Positions 1 to 15,600 of a stretch of 64,000 nt of DNA are shown here, piece by piece. How positions within the stretch are numbered: position 1 is the stretch's first letter; every line of letters begins with the position of its first letter. Under the pieces are notes generated by a model that saw only the letters and a list, made by a program, of their open reading frames with translations, had not been told where the DNA came from and searched no databases. The stretch is from Anolis carolinensis (lineage: Eukaryota), in NCBI RefSeq assembly GCF_035594765.1, contig NW_026943819.1:1240001-1304000 (forward strand). Reading direction: 5' to 3'. The position numbers and the translations under genes were made by a program.

Positions 1-910
1 GAGAGAGGCCACTCAAGAGCCCTTTTGTCGCTCTCGTCTGGAATGCAGCACCAGAGCCTCCTCACCAGCAAAGCGTCAAGACGCTTCCCTCCTTGTGTTC
101 CAAGTTGCTGCCACTGAGCCGTATTTGAATTCACGTTAACCACAGAAGAGAGAAACGTGGTGTCCTGTGACTCTCCGGTTGTAGCTATGAGGATGTGGGA
201 CAGGCTTATACAGTCAGAAATGAAGCCACGCCGACGATTTCACCAGAAGTATCACTGCCTCCCTTTAATCACCCTCCTAGGAGACACCCTAGACCAGGAC
301 TCTAAAACCTGTGGCCTTCCATGTGTTTTGGACTTCAGTTCCCAGAATTCCTGACCATTTAACAAGCTGGAAAGAGAGGCTTCTGGGGGTTGGAGGCCTA
401 AACACTTGGAGGGCCGTAGGTTGAAGACAATCATGCAGCTATGAACGCCCAGACTGGCAAAATATTTGAATAAGGTTTCAAACTGTGATGATTGTAATGG
501 GACTGAAATAAAGGACGATGCCATAAATGCCTCCCTCTCCCAGTCTTCCTGCTCCCTGGATACTGGGAGCCAGCGTGTCTCCAGTTCAGAAATCACTTTT
601 CACATCTCCTTTGCAAAATGCTTCATTTACACAAACGAGGCATAATATTCCAGACTTAAATTAGCAATACAATATTACAGACAGACATATATAATATACA
701 TATATAATGTACACATTTAAGAAGTAGTGCAACCACCTTTTCCCCTTCTAAGGTGCCAGTCAGCTGCTCTCTCCTGCAGTTGAGGCCCATCGACCCTACA
801 ACGGTGGTGTTAGGCCCCTGTTTTGCTCTCCAAAACTGGGCCGCGACCTCTGTCCTAAAGGCAGGAAATTCCCAGGAAAGTCCATCAGTCCCACCAGAAA
901 GAAAGGCATG

Positions 911-3900
911 CTATAATCCTGGTCCAAAGGGTCCTGCTTTCTCTGCTACTTCAAGGGCTAGTTTCAGGTTCTGATCAAAGAGTTCGCACCTGAAATAGTG
1001 AAAGGGGAAACACATGGATGGCGGCATTCATGCTCCGCAAAAGCATACTCTCCATTACAAAATTTGGATGGAAACTAAATTAGCTCAGTGGGAGAAAACC
1101 TAGCAACATTGCTAGGCTTCTCTGAAACATGAAACTCCCAACAACATGCTGAAGTTCAGAGGCACAATGGGAATATATCTCTGTCATGCCTCACTTCCAT
1201 TGAGGGCCACATCAGCTTCATTATGGCTGCCTTCAAAGGACTGTTGGATCTATGGATCATAGAATCATAGAATAGTAGAGTTGGAAGAGTCTACTATTCT
1301 GTGATTCTATGATCCATGGATCTAACAGTACTTTGAAGGCAGCCATAACGAGGCTGATGTGGCCCTCAATGGAAGTGAGGCATGACAGCGATATGGAGAC
1401 AGAGAGAGAAGGCCAACTATAGATTTGTTTACATAATGGTCAGTACTCTTTCGTTTTTACCCAATTTGGGTCCTCAGATGTTATCGAATGACAGTCCCCA
1501 TCACTTTCAGTGATCCTCCATGTGGATTGGGGATAATGGGAATTGCAACCTAACCACCCTTGTGGCTCTGACGTTATTTTATTTACTACATTTATATCCC
1601 GCTCTTCTCACCCCGAAGGGGGACTCAGAGCGGCTTACAAATCAAATGAACATACACTATATTATTAGCATAGCACAATATAAGTATTAATTACTATATT
1701 GGACTATATCATTATATGGTAATATTATTAGTAATATTACATTTAATATATATAATATATAATTAATATTATATTGTATTATTAGTAGTATAATATTGTA
1801 TTCCGTTATAATACTGTTATCAATATTATATGTATACACATTATATATTTATAAATTATTATAAATTGTGTGTATGTATATATATATGTATATAAAATTA
1901 GCATAGCATGTTGGTATGGCACAGGAGACAAGATGGAACTATCTTTGGGGAAAGATTAAAGGGCATTTTGAGGTCAAGCATCATATCCGCAAGCTTTGTA
2001 TCTAAAATCAAACCCCTCTTTCCTGACATCTTTCCTTCCAGATGTTACTGCATCCCAACTCCCATCATGACGCCTGATGATGACAAATACAGGAGTTGGG
2101 AGTTCAGCATCTGGAGGGCCTCATAAAAGCACATGGTGGGGTGGATTTGGCCCATGGGCCTTGAGTTTGACACACGTGCGCTAGATTTTACATGTCATCT
2201 TAGCCTAACAAAGCCGGACACTTTAGAAATGCGTCAGTAATTCAAAAGTGAGGGAGATCTAGAGCAGATTCCTACCTGATTGGCATCTCCAAGGAGTAGA
2301 AAGGGTTCTTCAGCGCAAAGTCGGAATAGATCTCGTAGATCTTGCGCAGGAGGGCATCGATCCCCGACTGCCTGGGGTCAGCAAGCACCACAAACTTGAT
2401 CCCTGAAGAGACAACGGTGAGCGTTGGGACACGGCTCATGCAAAGCGACGGAAATAATGGGCCTGAAAATGTACATGAGTTTTCCAAACAAAAAGGTACA
2501 ATATTTTGGGGAACCAGGACTGCAGTATCCATACTATCAAGGCACAATATTATGGATCCTGCAAGCCATGCTACCCTTGACTCACTAAAGAAACATGTCG
2601 GTTTGGGACTTGCGGTTTTAGTTCTACAGAACTGAACCCAAACCTGGCTTTTTGTTGTTTAGAAACTGAGCTGCAGGATAACTTTGCATATTTTATAATA
2701 TGTCTCCATCTCCAGTAGTGGCAATAGAAGGCAAACGAAAAGATGAAATCATGTTAGGATGGTTTCTGTTTCTACTGCCATGTTTACAGTTAATTTAGAG
2801 ATGAGATCACAGTTGTTCTTAATACAGATCCAGAACGGCACACGTCTAGACTTCCTATTAGCTTACGAGGAGAATATGTTTGGTGTTCAATAGGTGAAAC
2901 CTAGAAGAGATGCATACAGCCTAAACTATCAATGGTCCCACTCTTCCAGGTCCAGTAATAACTCATGGGTAAGAACAAGGATGAGAACAGAAGGGAAATT
3001 CACTCCTGAAAGAGTTACTATCATGGGGAAAAGGGGTTTCCACTTAAGCTTTCTCTCCAATCCTTGTTTCCACAACAAGCCACATTTTTCAGGGACAGAA
3101 ATGGAGGTGAAATCTTTGGAACAGGGGAAAAGACAGCAAAAGAAACACCACAGGGGTGTTAACCCTTTCCAATGTGATCCAAAGCAATCCACAAGCTTTC
3201 AATGGGGAAGCTATGTACCTATATACATATATATATAATATAATTTACAATAATATTATAATATATTGTATATGCATATAATATTAATAATATTATTTTG
3301 TAATACAATATAATACTAATAATACAATATAATAATGTTAATTACATACTATATATTACATGTAATATTAATAAAGATATGGACCAATTAACTTTTTTTC
3401 TTAAAAAGAACTCGGGGAAACCCCATAAAACAAACAGACTGGGAATTAGTAGAAAATTATTTCAGAAGAATGAAGAAATAATTGATTATTAATAATGGGA
3501 GAAACATTAGGGTCAGAAGGACAATGAGTAATTTTAGAGGAAAGAAATGAGTGGACCCTAACCACTAAGGATTAGAGGAAGTCACCGTATTTTTTTTTAC
3601 TTTTTCTTATTTTATATATATATGAATATTCTTTTTACTATATACATATATATACATACATTTTTCTCTTTTTATTATCTTGCTCTTCTATATTCTTCTT
3701 TCTCTATTTCACCCATCTTTTCTATCACGACATTGTTCCCATACTTTCACTGTATTCTATTGTTAATACTTTAATAAAAGTGATAATAGCAATAATAATA
3801 TTACAATATATTGATATAGTACAATATAGTAATTTATTGCCAGTATTGTGCTATGCTAATAATATAATATTGTACGTAAATTTAATTTGTAAGCCGCTCT

Positions 3901-5753
3901 GAGAAGCGGGGTGAGAAGGGCGGGATATAAATGTATTAAATAAATAAATAAGATAAGATACCTGTTAGGGTCTGAAAGCAGTGGAGCTTGAAGGTGTCAG
4001 TCTCCAGCATCTCGATGCCTGAGCTGCCGGGCTCCGGAGAGAGCTGGGACCCGATGGCAAACAACCTGTGGAGGAAGCAGAGGAAATATGAAGCGGGGTT
4101 GCCTCGCTCTGCGCAGATCCCCACTTCCTTTCCTCCCTCTGCTCCCACTCAACTCACGAGTGGAACATGGAGGCGAGCATGAGCTTCTCGTTGGAGGAGA
4201 GGCGTGGGCGGCCGAAGCGGATGGAGACCGGGTAGTGGGCTGGGTTGGCCAGGTACTCCAAGACGTCTTTCCCATCGGCCGTAAAGCGCCCGCTCACTTC
4301 CGCCCCATTGATGGCTAGCACCGCATGCCCCACTGCAGAAGGAATAAATAATAATAATAATAAGTTTATTTATGCCCTGCCTCCATCTCCCGCGAAGGGG
4401 ACTCGGGGCGGCTCACAGATAATACCAGATAAAAACTATAACAACATACATCAATGAGCAAAAACATACACAAATTATAAAATTGAAACATTAACCTCTT
4501 GAAATAAAAACACACTTAATATGGCATTAAAAACAGCGAAGTTATGGTAATACAGTAGAGTCTCACTTATCCAACATTCACTTAGACAACGTTCTGGATT
4601 ATCCAACGCGTTTTTGTAGTCAATGTTTTCAATACATCGTGATATTTTGGTGCTAAATTCGTAAATACAGTAATTACCACGTAGTTATATACATAGTTTT
4701 AGACCAAAAGCGGGCAACAGCAACTGCATTGTCTGTAGCTTTAAACAACTCCTCCTCCGTACATGAGGCAGGACAGTGTGGGCAAGCATACATATGCCCA
4801 AAAGCATTGGATTTTGACCATATCAAAACATGTGAGACATACAAAACGTACACACCTACCCATACGTACAATAAAACCATGTATACAAAGCATCCTGGCC
4901 TATAGGCCTACCAACCCACTCCTAGGTAGTTGTGCCAATACAGAATAAAGAGATTAAAATTAATTATTCCCTTAAGGTTGATGTGATTGGCTGGATGAAT
5001 AGTAGATTTGGAAGAGACCTCATGGGCCACCCAGTCCAACCCCATTCTGCCAAGAAGCAGGAAATCACATGTTTGAAATGTATATTTTTAATTCATAATG
5101 TATTTTAATAGTTTTAACTGTTTTATGTGCTGTTTTATATTGGTTTGTATGGGCATGTAATTGTTGCCACTGTTGTAAAATAGCTCCATTGTTGATGCGT
5201 TGCCATTATTACATTGCACTTTATTGTCCATTTTAGCTGTGAAACTACCTCTCCCCATTTCGGAATATTTTGCACTTTGGCCTAGATCTATGAATTAGTC
5301 TCCTGTTTTTAACATTTTATGCTGCATGTTGATTTTAATGACTGTTTTATTGACGCTGATGTTTTTATTGTTGGGATAATTGTGTTATTGTTTTGTTATT
5401 GTTATTATATTGTTGTATCGGGCAAGGCCCCATGTAAGCCGCCCCAAGTCCCTTCGGGGAGATGGGGCGGGGTATAAAAAAAAAGTTATTATTATTATTA
5501 TTATTGTAAGCCGCCCCAAGTCCCTTCGGGGAGATGAGGCGGGGTATAAAAATAAAGTTATTATTATTATTATTATAAGCCGCCCCGAGTCCCTTTGGGG
5601 AGATGGGGCGGGGTATATAAAAAAAGTTATTATTATTATTATTATTGTAAGCCGCCCCAAGTCCCTTCGGGGAGATGGGGCGGGGTATAAAAATAAAGTT
5701 ATTATTATTATAAGCCGCCCCGAGTCCCTTCGGGGAGATGGGGCGGGGTATAA

Positions 5754-5784
<31 letters not shown>

Positions 5785-5837
5785 TATAAGCCACCCCGAG
5801 TCCCTTCGGGGAGATGGAGCGGGGTATAAAAATAAAG

Positions 5838-5868
<31 letters not shown>

Positions 5869-6474
5869 AAGCCGCCCCGAGTCCCTTCGGGGAGATGGAG
5901 CGGGGTATAAAAATAAAGTTATTATTATTATTATTATTATTATAAGCCGCCCCGAGTCCCTTCGGGGAGATGGAGCGGGGTATAAAAATAAAGTTATTAT
6001 TATTATTATTATTATTATAAGCCGCCCCGAGTCCCTTCGGGGAGATGGAGCGGGGTATAAAAATAAAGTTATTATTATTATTATTATTATTATAAGCCGC
6101 CCCGATTCCCTTCGGGGAGATGGAGCGAGGTATAAAAATAAAGTTATTATTATTATTATTATTATTATTATTGTAAGCCGCCCTGAGTCCCTTCGGGTGA
6201 GAAGGGCGGGATATAAATATGAGAAATAATAAATAAATTCAGAACATGTTTTTTTTTGTTCCTGAGGGGCTAGGCCTCAACGGAGCCTGCCTGCCTTACC
6301 GCGGATGCCGTCGCGCTGCCCGAAGGCGACGAGGAGGCGCTCGTCGTGGGGGCGGAGGACCAGCTCGAGCGGGAAGCTGAAGGTCTTCTCGGTCTCGGCG
6401 CGCGGGGCGTAGTGCTCCAGCTGGTAGACCAGCCCGCCCGCCTTGTTCACCACGAACACGCTGAAGATGCCCAT
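911..6474 (-). CDS. TRAPPC4: Trafficking protein particle complex subunit 4 (synbindin), 5 coding exons: 6300-6474, 4158-4332, 3962-4065, 2276-2402, 911-989
   Basis: Spliced translation [20 protein letters not shown]...[10 protein letters not shown]...[35 protein letters not shown]...[11 protein letters not shown]...[25 protein letters not shown] matches vertebrate TRAPPC4. All introns are GT-AG with compatible phases; 175+175+104+127+79=660 nt (219 aa). Confidence 0.97.
1175..1394. repeat. Long near-perfect inverted repeat (105-bp arms, 10-bp loop) in TRAPPC4 intron 4
   Basis: 1175-1279 is the reverse complement of 1290-1394 with a few mismatches. Confidence 0.9.
5433..6240 (+). repeat. Tandem array of 11 LINE-3'-end-like units (TAAGCCGCCCC..GTCCCTTCGGGGAGATGG.GCGGGGTATAAAAATAAAG) separated by variable (TTA)n
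   Basis: Units counted directly. Single copies of the same stem-loop tail occur throughout the window; the L2-like assignment is tentative. Confidence 0.85.
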
Positions 6475-6679
6475 CGCCAACCGGGGCCCCTTGACGCCGC
6501 GGAGGAGGCTGAGGCTTCCGCTTCCGCCGGAAGACACCCTCGAAGCCACGCCCCTTCCGGCACCCGCACCGGAAGGGAGCCCTTTTCCGACGGGGTTTCC
6601 TGCCCTGGCCCACGCCGCGCCGTCCTTTCTGGCCGGAAGCCTCTGAAGGAGCAGACGCCTCTCTCCAGACCTCGCCGCC
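6475..6679. promoter_or_regulatory. Bidirectional CpG-island promoter shared by TRAPPC4 and RPS25, with ETS/GABP-type CCGGAAG/CTTCCG motifs and a 5'TOP-like pyrimidine tract (CCTTTCT, 6624-6630)
   Basis: The two start codons are about 205 bp apart, head-to-head. The region is CpG-rich with multiple CTTCCG/CCGGAA motifs, and a pyrimidine tract sits where the RPS25 start site is expected. Confidence 0.85.
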
Positions 6680-9039
<2,360 letters not shown>

Positions 9040-9188
9040 AAAGGTGAGCTGTGCCTGGCAATGGACTTCTAGTCTGTTGTGCTTCTAACACATTAACTGT
9101 TCCTTCAGTGATTGCACAGTTCTGATCAGCCCTCTTTGTTTTGCAGGTCCACCAATGGCTTTTTGACTCTTCTGTACATTTACAAAAA

Positions 9189-9194
9189 AATAAA
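9189..9194 (+). terminator. RPS25 polyadenylation signal AATAAA
   Basis: AATAAA about 42 nt into the terminal non-coding exon, followed by GT-rich sequence. Confidence 0.8.
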
Positions 9195-9349
9195 ATAGTT
9201 TCAATTCCTTGACATGCGTGATGATATGAACTTGGGCGGTTGAGTGTTCTCTGCCTGAAATGTGTCTCTTCCCATGATTGGGCTGATGTGTGTTTTTACT
9301 GGTCATGATATTATGTATGGACCAAATCGAAAATACAAGTTGTGACATC

Positions 9350-9355
9350 TTTATT
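9350..9355 (-). terminator. CENATAC polyadenylation signal (AATAAA on minus strand)
   Basis: TTTATT on the plus strand about 330 nt downstream of the CENATAC stop codon. Confidence 0.6.
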
Positions 9356-9687
9356 TGCACAGTTAAAAGGCATAGAATACATTATCGTGTGGAGCGAAAC
9401 AAATTAAGTTGGCTGGGAGAACATTGTAGTTTTGCTTTGAGGCTCTTGTGGAAACACGTTCACTGGAGTCTCAACATAATTTCAATACAAGTTAAATAGT
9501 TAAACACATGCTAATTGGTCGCAGAAAGAAAACTTCAAACAGCTGTAAATATAAAATCTAACCATAACCACAGTTTAAAACTTGCTTGGGTTTTCCTACT
9601 GATAATATTGATACATCTCTTTTTGCAATTGAATGAAGTGCATTGAATACAGCAGAGGAGCTGGAGACAGGAGATATTCCCTTCCCC

Positions 9688-12600
9688 TCACTCTGTTTTC
9701 GGCTTCTTCCTTTTACTTTGGGGTTTGGCTCCTGCTTCAGCTTTGAACTGATGCCTGGGAAAAAACACATAACCAATGACAGCAAGTTACATGGGTCAAC
9801 AAAAGGACCAGCCTTTCATGCAGCAAATGTAATCTTCCTGTTTACTTTCTTAAATATCCATTCCAAGTACAATTAGGATTCCAGACATGGCCACTTACTT
9901 GAGAGGGAGGCAAAAGTTCTTAGCAACTAAAAGGAAACTGGCAAAGGTCTTGGCACAAAAGGCAAACAAGGCCCCAGTTTAGTTTGAAGATGAGATAAAG
10001 GGGATCCTGTGGCGTCTTTTTAAGCTTTTTTTTAAACATTGTTTTGTTGTGGATTGTAAACTACAATTAATTTCCTAAAATACTGCACTATGTTTGTTTC
10101 AATATATATTTGCATACTGAAACAAACTTATAAAGGCAACAGCTATTTTGAAAAGACAGCTACACAATCACTGCCTTTAAATAATTTACCAAACATACAA
10201 TTCGTATTGGTTTAGCTGTCAAAAGTCACAACCCTTTTCTGCCAAAAGCACCATGAACACACTGGGGTATTTGGAGTGTGTTCCTTGCAGGAATCCGACA
10301 TACATAGCATGTGGCATACCTGGACTGCCACCGCCGGCCGTGGTTCCAGACCCGTCCGAAGGAGGGAAGCCAGCCCTCTCCTGTCTCCGAAGTGTGGTCA
10401 AAGTTGGCACCAACGCGATTGGGAGGGAGTTTCTTCAGCTTCTGCTTCTCTTCTTTGAAAGGGAGGAGGAAAAAAGTCTTGCTTAGACACAGAAACACAG
10501 CCTTGGTTTCTAGCACTTGGGCTGGTGCCCCCGGCCAGGAAGATTCGGCTTGCAGGCAGTCTCAATAGTACTCACTTTCCTTGAGAAATTCCTCATAAGA
10601 AGGCCCAATCTGCCCCTGACTTGCCGCCTCCTCCTCGTCCTCCATCATCCAAGGGGGTTTGGCACCTAAAGAGCCAAAGGGCTGATTTAGCACATGTCTT
10701 TGACACAAAAAACAAAGCAAGTGCATTTTTATTGCATTCTCTTCAAGAAGAAGAGAGAAGAAGTGACTACAGGTGCAACGAGGACCACGATCCTTCTCTT
10801 GTCAGTCTGGAGTATTTCCATCTCTGCTATCGCAGGGCCAAAACCATATTCTGCAATGTTTCAGAAGGAGGAAACAAATCTTTACAGACACACCTGTGTG
10901 AATGTTGCCTCCGCTGGCTGCGTCCTGTATTCAAAACAAGTAAAAGCAAAGTTACACAATTGTTTGAGGGGGATTCTATTAAGGGGATTCACGATGGGTT
11001 TCCTTAAGCAGTATTACTAAGGGAAGAGAGTTACGCTTACAGTTTAGCAGGGTATTATTCCCAGCTTTTACGTATCAACCTGGAACTGGGCTATACCGTA
11101 TTTATTGGGGGCCCTTTGCAGGAAAGGTCAGGGTTTTGTGCTCCACTGCCAAAGAAGTATCTCTGTCTCACGAATTAGACACAATTCATGTTTTGGAGGA
11201 TCTAGAGATGAGAAAAGTGGTCTCATTTCTTCCCACCTGGTGGCCAATGAAAGTCAAAGGCTGCCTTGACTCCAGCCAGTCTGGCTCAGGGTCACTCCTG
11301 TGTAGGAAGCCAGGCTGTCCTCCATGATGCACGGTGCTGCTGCTTGGCTGGGGCTGTTCCTGTTCATCCGTGGCAAAGGCAGAGTCACTACAACACAGGA
11401 AAAGGTCTCAGCCTGGGCAGGGAGCATGTGTGTGCATTTGGGAGTACAGTCAGATGCCAGGAGGCGCACGGGGCTCCCATGGTGTTCAGAGGTGAACATC
11501 CCTCAGAAGGTGATGGTCCCAAGCATGCCTTACCTGAGCTTCTTGGTAAAGCCATTGCCTGCAGCAGCTGCTCCATCACAGGACTCCGTCCCTCTCTGTG
11601 GCTGAGTTTGATTCAGGAAAAAAACACTCGTTCCAAGAGACAACAGTAACCATTGTTCTATAGGAGCCCTCGGTGTAGAATCTCTTAATTCCCATCTACA
11701 GGTTATGACAAAGTGAACTCAACCCCCTTGCAATTGAAGGGTCTGGGAATGCAGGCCTTTTGAGCCTCTTTCCACCCCCTTGCCTTTGGGATGCCGAGTT
11801 GGGAACGAAGGCACACCACAACAACCTGGCAGTGTTTCCAAATAGAGGGGAGAAGATTGGATCCAAAACACAGGAATTAAGAGTATTTCAACCCCCACCC
11901 CCCCAGAGGCCATGACAATCATCTTGTTTTGTATGCTGAAACAGGTCAACATGATTATGCCCCTGAATCCAAGATTAGCAAATGCATTAGGCATCTTAGT
12001 GTCTAATGGGCTGGGACGAGGGAGAGTGGGTGGGTGGGTTCCACAGAGGGACCTGCAACCTGAAATGGTGGATACTGCCCACTGGCCGCCTGGGCAGACA
12101 AACCTCTAAGAGGGCCTGCAGCATCTCCTGGCGCCTCTGCTCTGCCTCTCGGATGCGAGCCGCCTCCTGCAACCAGAGCGGGAAGAGAGCAAAGTGAGTC
12201 TCCGGAGAAGAAGAGCAGCAAACAAAGCCTCCCCCAGAGTGCCACCCTCACCTCTTTGATGGCCTCGTCTTCTTTTTCTTCATAAGCGTCCAGCGCTTTG
12301 GTGAGAGACGCTTTGAAGCTGGAAAAGGAGGGAGAGGTCAGCACATCATTTGTTCATTGCCCAAGGCAAGCACCATTCACACTATAGCTTCTGGGACAGG
12401 AGACTGAAAGCGGAGGTCTTTTCAGTTAATGTGCCCTCTACCTTGACTGAAATGGTGACCATTCTCCCCGCTCCAAAAACCAGGGAATAATAATAAAACT
12501 TTATTTATACCCCGCCACCATCTCCCCACAGGGACTCAGGGCGGCTTACATGGGGCAGAGGCCCAAACAACATAAAGACAAAATATAAGCAACGTAATAC

Positions 12601-15600
12601 AAATCACAATATAAAAAAGATAAAACAGTAATACAATATATCAATTAAAACAACAATACAAGGATAAAATATTGCATTTAAAACACATAAATGGTAAGAC
12701 TGTAATAAATACAGGATAGATTATTTAAAACCCTCTGGAGCTGATTAATTAATGACTGTAAGAAGAGGATAAAATTACTAGAATTTAAACCAGTTACATT
12801 CCCTTCCCTGCATCAGGCCCTGAAGTCAACCAGCAGCAGAGAAGGGCCTCAATCCAAGCAGAGCACTTCCTCTGCACCCAGAAGGTGCCAAGACCTAAGC
12901 CATGCGTCCAGGATTAAAATAACCCTCTCCTCAGAAGCAGGAAGGGCTCCTGCCAGGCAGAGAGAGAACAGCAAACACACTGGACCAATAATAATTATTA
13001 TTATTTATTTATACCCCACCACCATCTCCCCAAAGGGACTCGCAGCTCACAGAAGCAGAAGCATATAAACAATGGTCCCCATTCCATATAAATCAGCTTC
13101 TTATGTTCCTGACACTTTATCCTAAATAGCAAGGCCTACAAATCCCGGCAAAGAATGCACTCACAGCTCATATTCTTCAGGGGACACCAGGAATTTTGCC
13201 TTCAGTTTGGGGTCGGCTTTGTTCTCCCACCAGAAGGCAGCGACTCCTCTCTTGTGTTCGGGGCTTGAAAGAGAAGAAAGACAGACCTGCTATGTTGGAA
13301 AGGCACAGGCTTCTAATAATGCTAGTCAGATTGTATTGTACAACTGTGTGACACTTCTCTAAGCGAGAGGAAAACACATATGGAGGCTCCTTAAATTTGG
13401 TGAGCAGAAAGTGATCAAGGCTCAACCAAAATGCACATGCCTGAAGGTGGTTGGCCCCAGAGCAGTTTTCCAGCCCCAGGGACTATTTATTTATTTATTT
13501 ACAGTGTAGTAGAGTCTCGCTTATCCAACGTAAACGGGCCAGCAGAATGTTGGATAAGCAAATATGTTGGATAATAAGGAGAGATTAAGGAAAAGCCTAT
13601 TAAATTAAACATTAAACATTAAATTAGGTTATGGTTTTACAAATTAAGCACCAAAACATCACGCTATACAACAAATTTGACAGAAAAAGTAGTTCAATAC
13701 ACAGTAATGCCATGTAGTAATTACTGTATTTACGAATTTAGCATGAATATCATGCTAAATATCATGATGTATTGAAAACATTGACTACAAAAATGCGTTG
13801 GATAATCCAGAATGTTGGATAAGCGAGTGTTGGATAAGTGAGACTCTACTGTATTTATATTCCGCCCTTCTCACCCCGATGGGGACTCAGGGCGGATCAC
13901 TATGCACATATAAGGCAAACATTCAATGCCATAACACAGAACAGAGACAGAGACAGACGCAGGCACGGGCTGGCCTCAAACTCATGACCTCTTGTTCAGA
14001 GTGATTTGTTGCAGCTGGCTGCTATCCAGCCTGCGCCACAGCCCAACTAAGCACCTCCCGGGAGACGAAATGCAGGAGAGCAGCAGTCTTTGGTTGGGTC
14101 TGCACTGCCACACGATGCCGGTCCCAATCCAGCCCTTTGCTCGCCCTCTGCTGCTCACCTGGCCATATGCTCCAGGAGGCCGCCATGCAGCACCGCCAGG
14201 GACCCGTGGCTCAGGTGCCGCCGCACTTCCTTCCCACAGCAGGCGCACCAGAACTGCCGCTCGTGCTCCGCTGGGTCATAGGGCACCACTTCAGCGCATT
14301 TCAGCATCTTCCGGGCCGCGTCCACCTGGGTGGAGAATCAAAACAGGGCCAGAGATTGGCAGGTTTTTCTAGAGCCAGAGTTCTTTATTCAATCTCCGCT
14401 CCTACTTGTCTCTGTCACTCATGAATTCCTAAACTCCAGGGATGAAAGACAACTGGCCCAATCAACAAGGAAATACGATTTTTAGCAGCACAAACAGCAT
14501 CACAGACCCACTTTTATTTGGGGGGAAAGGGAGAAGTCACACAAAAAGGGTGCTTTCTCCTTTCTCCTGCGTCAGCAGCCTTTTCTCCATAGATAGGGCT
14601 CACCATTGTGTACAATGTGCCTCCACAACTACTTCTGGCTCACAGCAAACCTAAGGTTCTCTCAGCAAACAGGATCTCTTCTGTTTGAAATACCGCATTT
14701 CTTTGATTCCAAGGCACCACTGATCACAAGATATACACGAATCTCGGTGCCACCAAGACAGAACCTTTATTTAGATATATTTTAAAGCATCAGCTTTTAT
14801 AGATGTTTATATTTTGGGAGAAATAATCAAAAAAATACAGTACTGTGGTAGAATTATCTTAAAATGAATTAAGTTCTTTTTATTGTATATTTATTTGTTT
14901 ATTAGCAACATTTATATCCCGCCCTTCTTACCCTGAAGGGGACTCAGGGCGGTTTACAAGTATATATACATACAATATATTATATTATACGACTATATTG
15001 CAATAATATTAGTAATATTGCATGTAATATATACAATTATAATTGTGAATTATAATAATTATTACATTGTATTACATCATGTTATTATTGATATTACATG
15101 TATATACAATATATTATAATATTTTACTGTGTATTTCACATATCTGTTGAATGTAATAAAGGCTTCTGTAAATATTTAGGATGTGTATGTGCTGTGCCTT
15201 ATTTGACAAATGAGGAGTAGTTAACTGTTTTATTACTGATTTGGAAGATACTTGGAAAATATATCTACGGTTTTAAATGTGGTTAATTTTTTTACTGATT
15301 TGTTTGGCATTGAATTAAGCTGCCTTGAGTCCCCTCGGGTGAGAAAGGCGGGGTAAAAATGTTGCAAATAAATAAATAAATGGTTTCTTTAATAGCTTTA
15401 CACAGGTCTTTGGTTAAAGATTGCCCATCCTCATAACAATTGTGTTTCTTGACCATTTTTGCATCAGTCACACTCTCCTGGTTAATTTGATATGAACTCA
15501 GGGCCTCTCCCATCCCAAATTGATCTCTCAGGAAACTGCAGCACTTTATCTGTTATCTGAGTTTACAACTTTTATAACGTGCACTTTACTTAGTATATTA

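Noticed and set aside
1-900. SLC37A4 3' end expected by synteny
   Set aside because: No coding similarity visible; only an AATAAA at 507-512, which is not enough to annotate.
3954-3961. U12-type donor for TRAPPC4 intron 3 (GTATCTTA)
   Set aside because: The acceptor has a U2-type branch and pyrimidine tract with no TCCTTRAC box.
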